This document shows, one piece after another, positions 37,993 through 47,895 of a stretch of DNA of 64,000 nt. Position 1 is the stretch's first letter. Every line of letters begins with the position of its first letter. The DNA comes from Parcubacteria group bacterium GW2011_GWC2_48_17 (GTDB taxonomy: Bacteria > Patescibacteriota > Minisyncoccia > Phycocordibacterales > UBA10002). The position numbers and the translations under genes are program-made. The notes under the pieces are model-generated. The model saw only the letters and a list, made by a program, of their open reading frames with translations. It had not been told where the DNA came from and searched no databases. The stretch lies in the NCBI GenBank assembly GCA_001003605.1, contig LCPL01000001.1, positions 7,976 to 71,975 of the forward strand, given 5' to 3'.

Positions 37993-39237
37993 TTACACTA
38001 CGTGGTCTCTCTCTTCTTCCTCCGTATCTTCCTTGGAGCGTTTTCTAAGCGCCATGAAGATGCCGAAGATGATGAGCAGAATCGCACCGATGCCCCATCC
38101 TATAGGACCGCTCACTCGCGAGAAGATTGTTCCGGCTGAAAGCCCATTTTTTTGCTTTGTGATTTCTACCGGATAACACGCCACGGTTTTCGCTTTGTCT
38201 CCCGACACTACCGTTACGGAGGCACGCTTCCCGCCGGTTTTTTCGTACGCCTTTGATGTGGTCGCGCCTTCCCCGGAAAGCGCCTCATCGCCAAACCACG
38301 AAAATCTATATTCTCCCATACCCCCTATGGCAACCGCGTGCCAGACCATCGCGCTCCCTTGCTCCGCTTTCGCTGAAGAGGGAATACACAAGGCCTGAAC
38401 CGGCAGGGCCGCTGTCTTTTCTTTTCCATTAGGAGAAGAGACTGGCGGAGGTACTGCGGGCTTTGAAGGAGTTGTCGGGGTTTGGGCGCCGACGGTTACG
38501 AAGTTTGTGCACGAAACCGCTATGCGATTCTTTCCATCCGCAACCGTAAGCACCGCGAATTTACTCCCGGCGCTCGTGTATGATTTAGAAACAATCGGCC
38601 GCTCGCCTGTGAGTCCTTCCGCGCCATCCCACGAGTAGGTGGTGGATGCAGTAGTGCCCGAAACTATGGAAAGCCACGTTACGCTTTCTCCGAGAACTGC
38701 TTTTTCAGGTGTTGCGTAACAAGAAGCGCCGAGCCCTCCCGCCTGTCCATAATGGAATTGGCCGCCACCGGAATCTGCTCCAATGAGCGTTCCGCCGCAA
38801 GAAACCGTTATCTGTTTAGTGCCCGACGTAACTGTAAGAATGCCAAATTTTTCTCCCATGGTCGCGTATGTCTTAGATACGGCGCTTGTGTTGCCAGACA
38901 AGCCGTCGGTTCCGCTCCACGAGTAAAGATATGTTCCTTGGCCGCCGGAAACGGAAGAGAACCATGTAATTGTCTGCCCGACACCGCTTCTCAAGGTTGA
39001 TGGAGCGCAAGAAACAGAAAGTCCGCCGGCAGTACCCGGTCTGCCTCCAGAAGAAGAGTCGTATTCCGAAAACGACAGGGTGGGCATGAGGTACAGTGCC
39101 CCCGTCCGGGCATTTCTTTCAAATCGAGGGCTGTCACTTTGCGCGTTAATCGCTGAAATGGGCAAGAAGAGTCCTATAGCTAGGGAAATGACAAAAATCG
39201 GTTGTATTAGTGTGTTGATTGTCGTTTTATTTTTCAT
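37993..39237 (-). CDS. Cell-surface protein with three ~90-aa Ig/PKD-like repeats and a C-terminal TM anchor
   Basis: Signal peptide. Repeats share SC.P....G...TW...VSGG.G.Y.YSW.G.DGLSG.....SK.Y...G.K.....V.SG.K...VSC. C-terminal TM GIGAILLIIFGIFMAL + RKRSK. Confidence 0.5.
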   Translation of the reverse strand: MKNKTTINTLIQPIFVISLAIGLFLPISAINAQSDSPRFERNARTGALYLMPTLSFSEYDSSSGGRPGTAGGLSVSCAPSTLRSGVGQTITWFSSVSGGQGTYLYSWSGTDGLSGNTSAVSKTYATMGEKFGILTVTSGTKQITVSCGGTLIGADSGGGQFHYGQAGGLGASCYATPEKAVLGESVTWLSIVSGTTASTTYSWDGAEGLTGERPIVSKSYTSAGSKFAVLTVADGKNRIAVSCTNFVTVGAQTPTTPSKPAVPPPVSSPNGKEKTAALPVQALCIPSSAKAEQGSAMVWHAVAIGGMGEYRFSWFGDEALSGEGATTSKAYEKTGGKRASVTVVSGDKAKTVACYPVEITKQKNGLSAGTIFSRVSGPIGWGIGAILLIIFGIFMALRKRSKEDTEEEERDHVV

Positions 39238-39366
39238 ACGCCGAAATTATAGCATACCCATCCGATTTGTCAACCTGTTGATAACCTATGGTGGCAAGTA
39301 TCATAGCGTCTGGTATACTACAACAAATAGTTTTTTAGAGGTCGTGTTTGGTCATTATTCGCGTTT

Positions 39367-40218
39367 TTGTTAAATCTTTTTATGTACAAGAAATTGATTC
39401 AAGGTGGTATGCTCATTGCGGTGGTGTTGCTTTTTATTGTGCCATTGGCGATGCAAGCGGCAGAAGGTTCCCCCTTTTCCACTTCTTTTCCGCTCCTCAA
39501 GAGGGGCTTCTTCCAGAATAATATTTTGGTAAAGGTTGGAGAGGAGACCGTTAGTCCTATAGGCACGAACCGTGATTTTTGGGTCATCCGAGATGTCCCG
39601 TTTACCTTGAGTTGGGACGCAAAAGCGCCACTCGCTTCGGATGATACTCAAATAAGCTCCGCGGGCATGTTTTGCAGTAAAAGCTGGGAAGACTCATTTC
39701 GCGTTAAGGGTGAATCAACAGGATACCTTTCAGGCGCTCGAACTTTCTTCATGACTTGTAGCGGGTTGGGAGGGGGGATAATTGCCCAGCGCTCTGTGAA
39801 AGTCGGCGATATTGACCTCATCATTGGTTCTTTTGAGGCTAATATCTCCCCGAATGGGAACACAACAGACGAAACAGACTATCTAGCGAATTCGCCGTGG
39901 ACTGTTACAGCGTCCGTTAAAAACGCGGGAAATGTTAATCTTTCATCCCCCCGCTTCAATGTCACGTTTTATTACGGCCTAACTAACATACCAAGCTCCT
40001 TTATGAGTCAGAAGACTGTGAATACTCTTAAAGGTGGCGACAGCATAACAGTTACACATCAACAGCCGGCAGGTAATGAACCCGGAACTACATTATGGTT
40101 CAAGGTATGCGCTGATGTGGATAATGTTGTTCCGGAGAGAAAGAGTGACGGAAGTGATGGTGGTAGCAACAACTGCAGCGCAGTCAAAGGTCCCTACAGA
40201 TTTGTCAGACCGCAATAA
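39367..40218 (+). CDS. Secreted hypothetical protein (possible CARDB-like beta-sandwich)
   Basis: N-terminal TM/signal. ...VKNAGNVNLSSPRFNVTFYYG... is reminiscent of CARDB domains. Confidence 0.35.
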   Translation: MLNLFMYKKLIQGGMLIAVVLLFIVPLAMQAAEGSPFSTSFPLLKRGFFQNNILVKVGEETVSPIGTNRDFWVIRDVPFTLSWDAKAPLASDDTQISSAGMFCSKSWEDSFRVKGESTGYLSGARTFFMTCSGLGGGIIAQRSVKVGDIDLIIGSFEANISPNGNTTDETDYLANSPWTVTASVKNAGNVNLSSPRFNVTFYYGLTNIPSSFMSQKTVNTLKGGDSITVTHQQPAGNEPGTTLWFKVCADVDNVVPERKSDGSDGGSNNCSAVKGPYRFVRPQ

Positions 40219-40228
40219 CTTATTAATT

Positions 40229-40270
40229 AAAAACGCCCTCTTTTGTGTTTGAGTGTAAGAGGGCGTTTTT
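40229..40270. terminator. Bidirectional intrinsic terminator between convergent genes
   Basis: aaaaacgccctctt ttgtgtttgagtgt aagagggcgttttt. Confidence 0.65.
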
Positions 40271-40353
40271 CGTGCATCTTTGAAGCATAAAAAGAGCGGA
40301 GAGGTGGGGAACATACTTGTTCCTTAACTCTCCGCTCGTGACGTCGCTAAACT

Positions 40354-41769
40354 TCACTTTACCTCTCTTCCGACTCCCACCACGACGTTGGTAGGTGTTG
40401 GATTCGTCCAGCGGTACTGGACATAGGTCGTACCAATAGGGATTCCAGTTGAAACCCCAGGAGTCTTCGGGAGTAGAACTCCGTTCGCCCACAGCTCGTA
40501 CGGGAGTCCCGATGGCTCCATACGAGTTGAGAATCCCGCCGGCCGTGGTATTCGCTCGCTGATAGTGGTACTCAGCGTAATCGGATATTTTTGGGGGTTA
40601 ACGAGTCCGTGCCAGATTTCCTCCGTCGGCGCTGGCCTCGTTGCCACTGCCGCCGTTTGCTGCAGTGCGGCAAGTTTCCGTGCCGCCGCCTCTGTGGCGC
40701 GCGAGGTGGCGCGCATTGTCTCGTACGTCCGTTTTTCTTCCATCTGCGAAGCAATCCGGCCGTTGTGTTCCTCATGAGCGCCCCTCACGTGTTTGTACGC
40801 CCACGTGAGGCAGAGAATTATGACGGCCGCCATGGTCGCCATTCCCACAAAGCTACCTCCTTTGCCGCTTCCTCCCGTTGCCGTTGCCGCCACTCCCGCC
40901 GGTGCTTTTGCCTGTTTCAGCAATTTCACCACGAGGTAGGCAATGAGGAACACAACAGCAACCGCGATGACAGCGCCAATCCAGTGCTCCATAGTCCATG
41001 TCGAAACCGTTTTTATGGCTCCCACCACATGCTTTGTCTCAACTTCCTCCAAACCTTTGGGGCTACCTTCCGTTGGAATGTTGCCTCCCTTGTAGAGGAA
41101 AGCAAAGAAGTTGAGCTTGGGCAAGAAGAAGCAGATAAGCAACAGACCAACCGCCGCAAAGCCGGAGAACCGTACAAACGGTTTCATCCATTTGCCAGTG
41201 GCCGTACCCCACTCGTATGAGGAGAAGATAAGGAGGCCGACAATGAGCAGAAACATCGGCACTCCTCTCCAATAGTTCTGAATCGGGACGAAGTTGAGCG
41301 TAATAAACGCCGCTGCCTCGTAAATCAGAACCTGCCGCGCGAAGCTAATGTAAGTCTTCAGTCTTCGCGCAAGCCATCCTCGCTCTGCATCCGCTCCTGT
41401 CGGCTCCCCGGATTTTTTCTTTCCCGCCAGGAGATCAATGAGAAGCGCCAGCGGCACCGCGTAGTGCGCAAGCACCATGGTCCATATGAAGCACCAAACT
41501 CCCATCCACCCAACGAGCGTACGCCACCCCAGAAGGAGCGCGATGACGCTGACGAGGAGAGGAGGGAGGAAGGTGAGTGTCGCAAGCCGACGCAGTCCCC
41601 GAAAGTAATGCGCCGCAGGGTCGCTTACGCGCTTGACAGCCCAATCTACTCCATGGATGACCATGTCTGCCACCAACTTGATTGCTGGCACCAGATTTCT
41701 GATGCCGACCGCGATGATAACCACGGCGGCTCCTAGTCCCCATGCCAGACCTTTCAGTGTTTTTTTCAT
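40354..41769 (-). CDS. Hypothetical polytopic membrane protein (GC-rich island)
   Basis: 471 aa with about 9 hydrophobic helices. No recognised motif. Confidence 0.4.
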   Translation of the reverse strand: MKKTLKGLAWGLGAAVVIIAVGIRNLVPAIKLVADMVIHGVDWAVKRVSDPAAHYFRGLRRLATLTFLPPLLVSVIALLLGWRTLVGWMGVWCFIWTMVLAHYAVPLALLIDLLAGKKKSGEPTGADAERGWLARRLKTYISFARQVLIYEAAAFITLNFVPIQNYWRGVPMFLLIVGLLIFSSYEWGTATGKWMKPFVRFSGFAAVGLLLICFFLPKLNFFAFLYKGGNIPTEGSPKGLEEVETKHVVGAIKTVSTWTMEHWIGAVIAVAVVFLIAYLVVKLLKQAKAPAGVAATATGGSGKGGSFVGMATMAAVIILCLTWAYKHVRGAHEEHNGRIASQMEEKRTYETMRATSRATEAAARKLAALQQTAAVATRPAPTEEIWHGLVNPQKYPITLSTTISERIPRPAGFSTRMEPSGLPYELWANGVLLPKTPGVSTGIPIGTTYVQYRWTNPTPTNVVVGVGREVK

Positions 41770-41806
41770 TTTCAGTTCAGTTTTTGGTTTTGGGTTCAGA
41801 GTCGCA

Positions 41807-42607
41807 TCATGCCCAGAGTTTCGCCATCAGTTTCCATGGCGCGTCCAGTATCTTTCCGATAACGCTCTCGCTTGAGCGTTTTGCTTTCGCCTCTCGCTCT
41901 TTGCAGAGCCGTTCGGCGTCCTTCTTGAGCCAATTAACGGCTGGCGTGAGTTCTGCGTTGAAGTCACCAAGTCCTTTGTCTGCCGCCTTTACGGCGGTGT
42001 TGAAGCCGCTCCTCAACCGCTCGCCAAGTGGCACGCCCGGCTCCGATTCTTTCGGCCTTCCGTGGGCAAGCGCATCCTTGACGTCCACTAACCCATAAGC
42101 TTCCGCCTTGAGCTGGTTGACGACAATTTCCATGTCGGTGGCATGCGTCGAAGCGATGAGCTCCAACGCACGCGCCCAAAATGCATCCTGAATCTTTGAG
42201 AAACTCTCCTTGGTTTTCTCGCTCACCTCCGGCCCGTGTTCGAGAGCGTCCCTCCCGAAGAGTTCACCACGGTAACTATCGAGGAAGTCCGATACTTTCC
42301 TCATAAGGGTCTTCAACGGCTCGGGCTGGTTATCAGCCGCCTTGTCGATTCTACCGGACAGCATTCCGAGTCCGTAGTTCATCAGTGGGTGTAGAAGAGG
42401 ATTTCCTGGCTTTAGCCATTTCTTCGTTGCCACCGCCGCACTCTTCGCAAGTTTGTCGATTCCCGGGTCAGTGAGTCCTGCGAAAGTACCCAGGTCGAGT
42501 TCGACCTTGAACAGATCCTTGAGAACCTTTACCCCCTGATCCAGCAACGGGTCGCCCAAACTTGTCGTGCTAGGAGTTCCTCCCGCGGGTGGTGTAGGTG
42601 TTGCCAT
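41807..42607 (-). CDS. Hypothetical soluble protein (GC-rich island). Probably co-transcribed with 40354..41769.
   Basis: 266-aa ORF on the same strand, 37 nt upstream of the membrane-protein gene. Confidence 0.35.
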   Translation of the reverse strand: MATPTPPAGGTPSTTSLGDPLLDQGVKVLKDLFKVELDLGTFAGLTDPGIDKLAKSAAVATKKWLKPGNPLLHPLMNYGLGMLSGRIDKAADNQPEPLKTLMRKVSDFLDSYRGELFGRDALEHGPEVSEKTKESFSKIQDAFWARALELIASTHATDMEIVVNQLKAEAYGLVDVKDALAHGRPKESEPGVPLGERLRSGFNTAVKAADKGLGDFNAELTPAVNWLKKDAERLCKEREAKAKRSSESVIGKILDAPWKLMAKLWA

Positions 42608-43069
42608 AGTATGCCTTTCCAGACCCCAGCGTTTTAGGCCGAGTCTTGTTGTTGATTGCCTGCCCCGTGGTCATCCGCTTTTGAGCGGATTACTTTACGG
42701 GGCTTAGTTGTCAAAGGGCGGAAACCGCCTTTTTGTACAACGGTTTAACTGGCCGCAATGCTAGCACATTTCCTCCTGCCTGTCAACTTTCTCGGCAGCT
42801 AGTTCAACAATGAAATGCAACGCTCATTTAGCACGATAGCCACGGCCGTGACTCTCATGCTAAACAGGACCTCACCGGTTCAAATTCCATATTTACCCAG
42901 CACCTTGAACGCCCTGCGGTCAAGGTGCTGGGTTTATTGTGTCATCCCACACTTTTCAGAAAAAGTGTGGGATTGCGGCACTACGAACGCCGCTCATGCG
43001 AATACCCTGCGCTCCTGCGCAGGGTACGTTCTGTGCGACCCACAGGGTTAATGCCCTGTGGTGTCGCTC

Positions 43070-43495
43070 TTAAACTTTATTTTTTAGATAGGTGTCAATC
43101 TGGATGAGGTACATTTTGAAATCAGAGAAATTACACTTAAGATTATTCAAGAACAAATCCTTGTCCAGTTTTTCGTATCGGTGGACAAGCATATTTCGTA
43201 CGCCGACAATCGGCGCAATCTTGCCCGCGAAATCTTTTTCCAATACGCCGAAATCTCCGAGCATCCTAAAAGTGCCTTGTAAATCATCAACCGTTCCGAA
43301 ATCGCTCGCTGTGATAAGGTGAGTGTTAATGTCAACCATGGTGTCTACCGCCTTCTGAAAGTAGCGTTCCAGCGCAGGAAGTCTCATGTCATCGTTTTTA
43401 ATGACCTCAATGGGAGTTTCCATGAGCTTTTCAATTTTGCCCACGCTCTCCGAGAGCATATCCATTTTCTTTTGTATGAAGACTTTATCCAACAT
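43070..43495 (-). CDS. HepT-like (DUF86/HEPN) toxin of a HepT/MntA toxin-antitoxin pair
   Basis: Rx4HxY motif (GVRNMLVHRY). About 140 aa. It overlaps the 3' end of the upstream nucleotidyltransferase gene by 11 nt. Confidence 0.55.
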   Translation of the reverse strand: MLDKVFIQKKMDMLSESVGKIEKLMETPIEVIKNDDMRLPALERYFQKAVDTMVDINTHLITASDFGTVDDLQGTFRMLGDFGVLEKDFAGKIAPIVGVRNMLVHRYEKLDKDLFLNNLKCNFSDFKMYLIQIDTYLKNKV

Positions 43496-43937
43496 ATTTG
43501 TATTCGCTTATTCTTCGCTTCAGGTATTCCTCCCTAAGCCTGAACAGCGGTTCCGCCTCTTCATATGTCCTTAAGGCATACAAGAGCATATCGTCAAACA
43601 GGTGCGGGGTTTTTTCGTATAACACTTTTGCGTTTTGAACAATTTGCTTCAGAAGCAACGGCGGGGCTTTTCTGAAATTAACCGTGGAGACCTTGTCGTT
43701 TTTAAACACTTCAGTCAAATCAGTGTTTAACGACACCTCATCCTCAAACGACATCTTGTTTTCTGACAAAAACGCCACATCAACATCACTTTCTTTGTGC
43801 GTAAATCCGGTTGCCTGCGAGCCGAATAGCACCACAAGGGAGAAGTGATAGCGTACGGCGATTTCCGCAATTCTATTTTTGTCTATCTTTATCATGCGCT
43901 TACTATACCATAAAAATGTTCGACAGGCGATTATCAC
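43485..43937 (-). CDS. MntA-like minimal nucleotidyltransferase (antitoxin partner of HepT)
   Basis: LFGSQATGFTHKESDVDVAFL is the GSx9-13DxD nucleotidyltransferase motif. Confidence 0.55.
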   Translation of the reverse strand: MIIACRTFLWYSKRMIKIDKNRIAEIAVRYHFSLVVLFGSQATGFTHKESDVDVAFLSENKMSFEDEVSLNTDLTEVFKNDKVSTVNFRKAPPLLLKQIVQNAKVLYEKTPHLFDDMLLYALRTYEEAEPLFRLREEYLKRRISEYKYVG

Positions 43938-44076
43938 TTCTCAATTCATACTTCATAATTCATTCTGCTATGCTATAGTGCTAGAATGTTGAGTTGCTAG
44001 GTGTCAGCTGTCAGGTTCTAGTCGGAATCTTTTCTTTTTTACTAAACGCTATACGCTAACCGCTAACCGCTTCCCT

Positions 44077-45090
44077 ATGTCTTTCTTTACCCCCAAACTA
44101 GGCATTGACCTCGGCACCGCCAACACACTTGTGTATGTGCCGAAAAAGGGCATCGTGCTGAACGAGCCGTCGGTCGTCGCGGTTTCCGAACAGGACAACA
44201 AAATACTCGCGGTCGGGAACGATGCCAAAAATATGCTAGGGAAAACTCCCGAATCTATTGTCGCTTACCGTCCCATGAAAGACGGAGTCATCGCCGATTA
44301 CCGCGTCACAGAAGCGATGCTACGGTATTTCATCACGAAAGCTCTCGGAAAGTGGAATATCTGGAAGCCCGAAGTGCTTGTCTCTGTTCCCGCGGGCGTT
44401 ACCTCAACCGAACGACGCGCCGTTATTGAAGCCGCCATTAAGGCGGGGGCAAAGAATGCCTATGTCGTGAAAGAGCCAATTCTCGCCGCTATCGGCGCTG
44501 GCATCCCCATTCATGAGCCGGTTGGACACATGATAATAGACATTGGCGGCGGCACGACCGACGTAGCGGTAATATCGCTCGGAGGCATCGTGGCCTCCAC
44601 ATCCGTGAAATGCGCCGGCAACCGCATTGACGAGGCTATCGCGGACTATATCAAAAAGACATTCAATCTCGCGATAGGGGACAAGATGGCGGAGAGTATC
44701 AAAATCGAAATAGGTTCCGCCGTGCCGCTCGAAGAAGAACTTTCTATTGTCATTAAAGGACGCGATTTTGTCACAGGCCTTCCGCGCGCCGCCGAAGTGA
44801 AGACAAACGAGATTGTGCGCGCCATCGGAAGGGAACTCCGGGAAATCATCAAATCTCTGAAGGATGTGCTTCAGGAAACGCCCCCGGAGCTTGCCGCAGA
44901 CATCATTGACCGCGGCATTATCATGACTGGAGGGACATCACAGCTGCGTAATTTCCCGGAACTCGTGTTCCGTCGCACCGGCGTCAAGGCGGTACTCGCG
45001 AAAGACCCGCTCTTTTGCGTGGCAAACGGAACCGGCATCGCCCTCGAACATTTGGATACGTATAAGAAGACAATTATAGCGAAGAGGTAA
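44077..45090 (+). CDS. mreB: Rod-shape-determining protein MreB (actin-like ATPase), copy 1
   Basis: LGIDLGTANTLVYV...NEPSVVAV (phosphate-1), DIGGGTTDVAVISLGGIV, IIMTGGTSQL. Confidence 0.8.
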   Translation: MSFFTPKLGIDLGTANTLVYVPKKGIVLNEPSVVAVSEQDNKILAVGNDAKNMLGKTPESIVAYRPMKDGVIADYRVTEAMLRYFITKALGKWNIWKPEVLVSVPAGVTSTERRAVIEAAIKAGAKNAYVVKEPILAAIGAGIPIHEPVGHMIIDIGGGTTDVAVISLGGIVASTSVKCAGNRIDEAIADYIKKTFNLAIGDKMAESIKIEIGSAVPLEEELSIVIKGRDFVTGLPRAAEVKTNEIVRAIGRELREIIKSLKDVLQETPPELAADIIDRGIIMTGGTSQLRNFPELVFRRTGVKAVLAKDPLFCVANGTGIALEHLDTYKKTIIAKR

Positions 45091-45199
45091 AATAGCAGGT
45101 AGATGATAGAAAGTAGAAGGTCAAAATAGATTGTAGAAGGTAGATGGTAGAAGGTAAGAAGAAACAGTCTACTAGCTACTTTCTACCAACTAATTTTTT

Positions 45200-45865
45200 A
45201 TGTTTGACTCACTTACGCATCACGCATATGGAATTGCCGGACAACCGGAAACAATCATTCCCAAACTTATAAAGTCACTTCTGAAGATTGGATACCGGAC
45301 AAAAGGCAATCCAGATTTCCGAGTTGAATCCCATGATGTAATGGGTGTTGATGAATCGCGGGTGCTCAAAGAAGCGGCGGGGAGAAAAGCAATTTCTGGC
45401 AGTAAGAAAGTCTTTATCATTTCCGCGCGAGGCATCACCAAAGAGGCTCAAAACGCCCTGCTCAAAGTGTTCGAGGAGCCGCCTCTCGGTACGCATTTCT
45501 TTCTGATTGTTCCCTCGCTCGAGATTTTACTCGGAACGCTTCGTTCGCGTCTTTTTGCGGTAGATGCTTTTCGAATGAACGATAACAAAACATCATCTCG
45601 AGCTGAAACATTCCTCGATGCCGCAGTCCCGTTTCGGCTAAAGATAATCCAAGGACTTCTCAAAGGCGCGGATGAGGAAACTGGAAAGAAAGAATTGCTC
45701 GCATTTATGGACGAGATTGAGCAAAGTCTAGCCGCAGGCGAGCGACGCTCCGTCGCAGACGCCCTCGAAGAGGTACTCAAGGTGAAGAAATACAGCCGCG
45801 ATAGAGCCCCATCATTTAAGCTATTGCTAGAACATCTCGCGCTGGTGTTGCCTAAAGTGGAATAA
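45200..45865 (+). CDS. holB: DNA polymerase III delta-prime subunit (short form)
   Basis: HAYGIAG...NALLKVFEEPP..THFFLIV....SR is the clamp-loader delta-prime motif set. Confidence 0.55.
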   Translation: MFDSLTHHAYGIAGQPETIIPKLIKSLLKIGYRTKGNPDFRVESHDVMGVDESRVLKEAAGRKAISGSKKVFIISARGITKEAQNALLKVFEEPPLGTHFFLIVPSLEILLGTLRSRLFAVDAFRMNDNKTSSRAETFLDAAVPFRLKIIQGLLKGADEETGKKELLAFMDEIEQSLAAGERRSVADALEEVLKVKKYSRDRAPSFKLLLEHLALVLPKVE

Positions 45866-46038
45866 ACAAGGCGGTATGGTATTATATTGTGAAATATCGG
45901 ATACCAATGCAAAATAAATCTCGAATACCAAATATCGAATATCTAAAAATACCAAATACCAAATGTTAAAACAGAGGAAATCTCAAATTGTGGTTTCTTG
46001 TTTCGGTATTCGGTATTCGGGATTAGATATTTAATCGT

Positions 46039-46590
46039 ATGTCATATAGCTTCTCAAAACTGAACGAGCGTTATAAAGAAGTCCATGACTGGCTCGCTAA
46101 GGAGCTTGCGAGCCTGCGCAGCGGCCGCGCCGCGCCGTCCGTACTTGACGGCGTACTCGTAGAGAGTTATGGCTCCAAAATGCCGATAAAACATCTCGCC
46201 ACCATCGCCCTGGAGGACGCGCGAACGCTTCGTGTGAGTCCATTTGACGCGGCGGTTTCAAAGGATATTGAAAAGGCGATAGCCTTGACCAATTTGGGTC
46301 TCTCCGTGTCCTTAGACGATAACGGCATAAGGGTTCATTTTCCAGACCTTACATCGGAGCGGAGAACGGCGCTTATGAAAGTAGCAAAGGAAAAGCTCGA
46401 AGCCGCCCGCATCAATGTGCGCAAGGCGCGAGATGAGACCCTGAAAGATATTGAAGAGAAGGTAAAACAGGGTGGTATTGGCGAGGACGAAAGATTTCGG
46501 CTAAAGAAAGAGTTGGAAAAAATGGTGGAAAGCGAAAATAAGAAACTGCAGGAGGCGTTTGAGCGAAAAGAAAAAGAAATCTCAAGTTAA
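46039..46590 (+). CDS. frr: Ribosome recycling factor
   Basis: 183 aa. ...LASLRSGRAAPSVLDGVLVESYGSKMPIKHLATI...RTALMKVAKEKLEAARINVRKARDE is typical of Frr. Confidence 0.8.
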   Translation: MSYSFSKLNERYKEVHDWLAKELASLRSGRAAPSVLDGVLVESYGSKMPIKHLATIALEDARTLRVSPFDAAVSKDIEKAIALTNLGLSVSLDDNGIRVHFPDLTSERRTALMKVAKEKLEAARINVRKARDETLKDIEEKVKQGGIGEDERFRLKKELEKMVESENKKLQEAFERKEKEISS

Positions 46591-46694
46591 GAAACTTGAA
46601 ATTTCTACCATTGACCTTTGACCATTAACAATTGACAGACTTCTTTTTAACGTCACATGTCACATGTCAATTGTCACCTGTTAATTGTTGATTT

Positions 46695-47810
46695 ATGACT
46701 CTAGTTTTATTTCTCATCATTCTCGGTGCGCTCATCTTCGTGCATGAGCTCGGACACTTTATCTCCGCGAAAAAAGCCGGAATTCGCGTTGATGAATTCG
46801 CGCTTGGATTTCCGCCGAGGGTACTTGGAAAGAAAATAGGAGAGACAGAGTACAACCTCAATCTCATTCCATTTGGAGGATATGTGAAAATCTTTGGCGA
46901 AGACGGCGACGAAGACGCAGATAAACGCGGATTAGGAACGCAGATAAGCGCGGATAAAGAAAGACGCTTCACCTCAAAACCTCGGTGGGTGCAGGGAATA
47001 GTCCTTGCTTCCGGCGTCCTCGGCAATATAGTTTTCGCGTGGCTACTTGTGTCGATAGGCTTCATGTCGGGTGTTCCATCGGCAATCAACGGGCGATACG
47101 CCGCTGACGTGCGAAATCTCGAGCTTATGGTCACTTCAGTACTCCCGGACTCTCCGGCTTATACAGCAGGGCTTCATTCCGGCGATGTAATCACAGCAAT
47201 CGAGGAAAACGGTAATCGATTTGAAGGCACCGATGCGACAGTGGCAGGAAACTTTATCGGCGCCAGTACGGATAAGCTATCCGTCTTTTACAAACGCGGA
47301 AAAGAAGCTGGAAGCGTAGTCGTACTGCCGAAAGATGGAATTGTGGAGGGGAAACACGCCATAGGGGTTGGCCTAGACACTATAGGTGAAGTGCGCTTCG
47401 GCTTTTTCCGAGCTTTTTTTGAAGGAGCTCTAATGACATGGGACATTACTCGCGAAGTCACTGTGGGCCTAGTCGGATTTTTGAAACAAGCCGTCACTTT
47501 GCAAGCGGACTTAAATTCCATTACCGGCCCCTTGGGTATTGCGGGACTCGTTGGGGAGGCGCGCGTTTTAGGAGTCATCTATCTTCTGTCTTTCACCGCA
47601 TTTATCTCCATTAACCTCGCTGTCATCAATCTTCTGCCAATTCCGGCGCTAGACGGAGGTCGTCTTCTCTTTTTAGCGATTGAAGGCATCACCCGAAGAT
47701 CAATCCCCGCAAAGTTAACTCGAACAGTAAATACGGCCGGCTTCATACTCCTCATTCTCTTTATGGTTTTTATTACATATCGGGATATTGTGAAATTAGT
47801 TAGTAGCTAG
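46695..47810 (+). CDS. rseP: RIP site-2 zinc metalloprotease RseP-like (M50 with PDZ)
   Basis: VHELGHF (HExxH). C-terminal NLLPIPALDGG. Confidence 0.75.
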   Translation: MTLVLFLIILGALIFVHELGHFISAKKAGIRVDEFALGFPPRVLGKKIGETEYNLNLIPFGGYVKIFGEDGDEDADKRGLGTQISADKERRFTSKPRWVQGIVLASGVLGNIVFAWLLVSIGFMSGVPSAINGRYAADVRNLELMVTSVLPDSPAYTAGLHSGDVITAIEENGNRFEGTDATVAGNFIGASTDKLSVFYKRGKEAGSVVVLPKDGIVEGKHAIGVGLDTIGEVRFGFFRAFFEGALMTWDITREVTVGLVGFLKQAVTLQADLNSITGPLGIAGLVGEARVLGVIYLLSFTAFISINLAVINLLPIPALDGGRLLFLAIEGITRRSIPAKLTRTVNTAGFILLILFMVFITYRDIVKLVSS

Positions 47811-47895
47811 TAGCAAGTAGAAAGTAGAAAGTAGCGTGCTACTATTTTCTTATCCGTAATTCGTATATCGGTACTTATTTGTACTCCGTAAACCT

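Noticed and set aside
42860-42900. tRNA-like GGTTCAAATTCC segment
   Set aside because: No flanking T-stem complement, acceptor stem or anticodon arm could be built. Not a tRNA.
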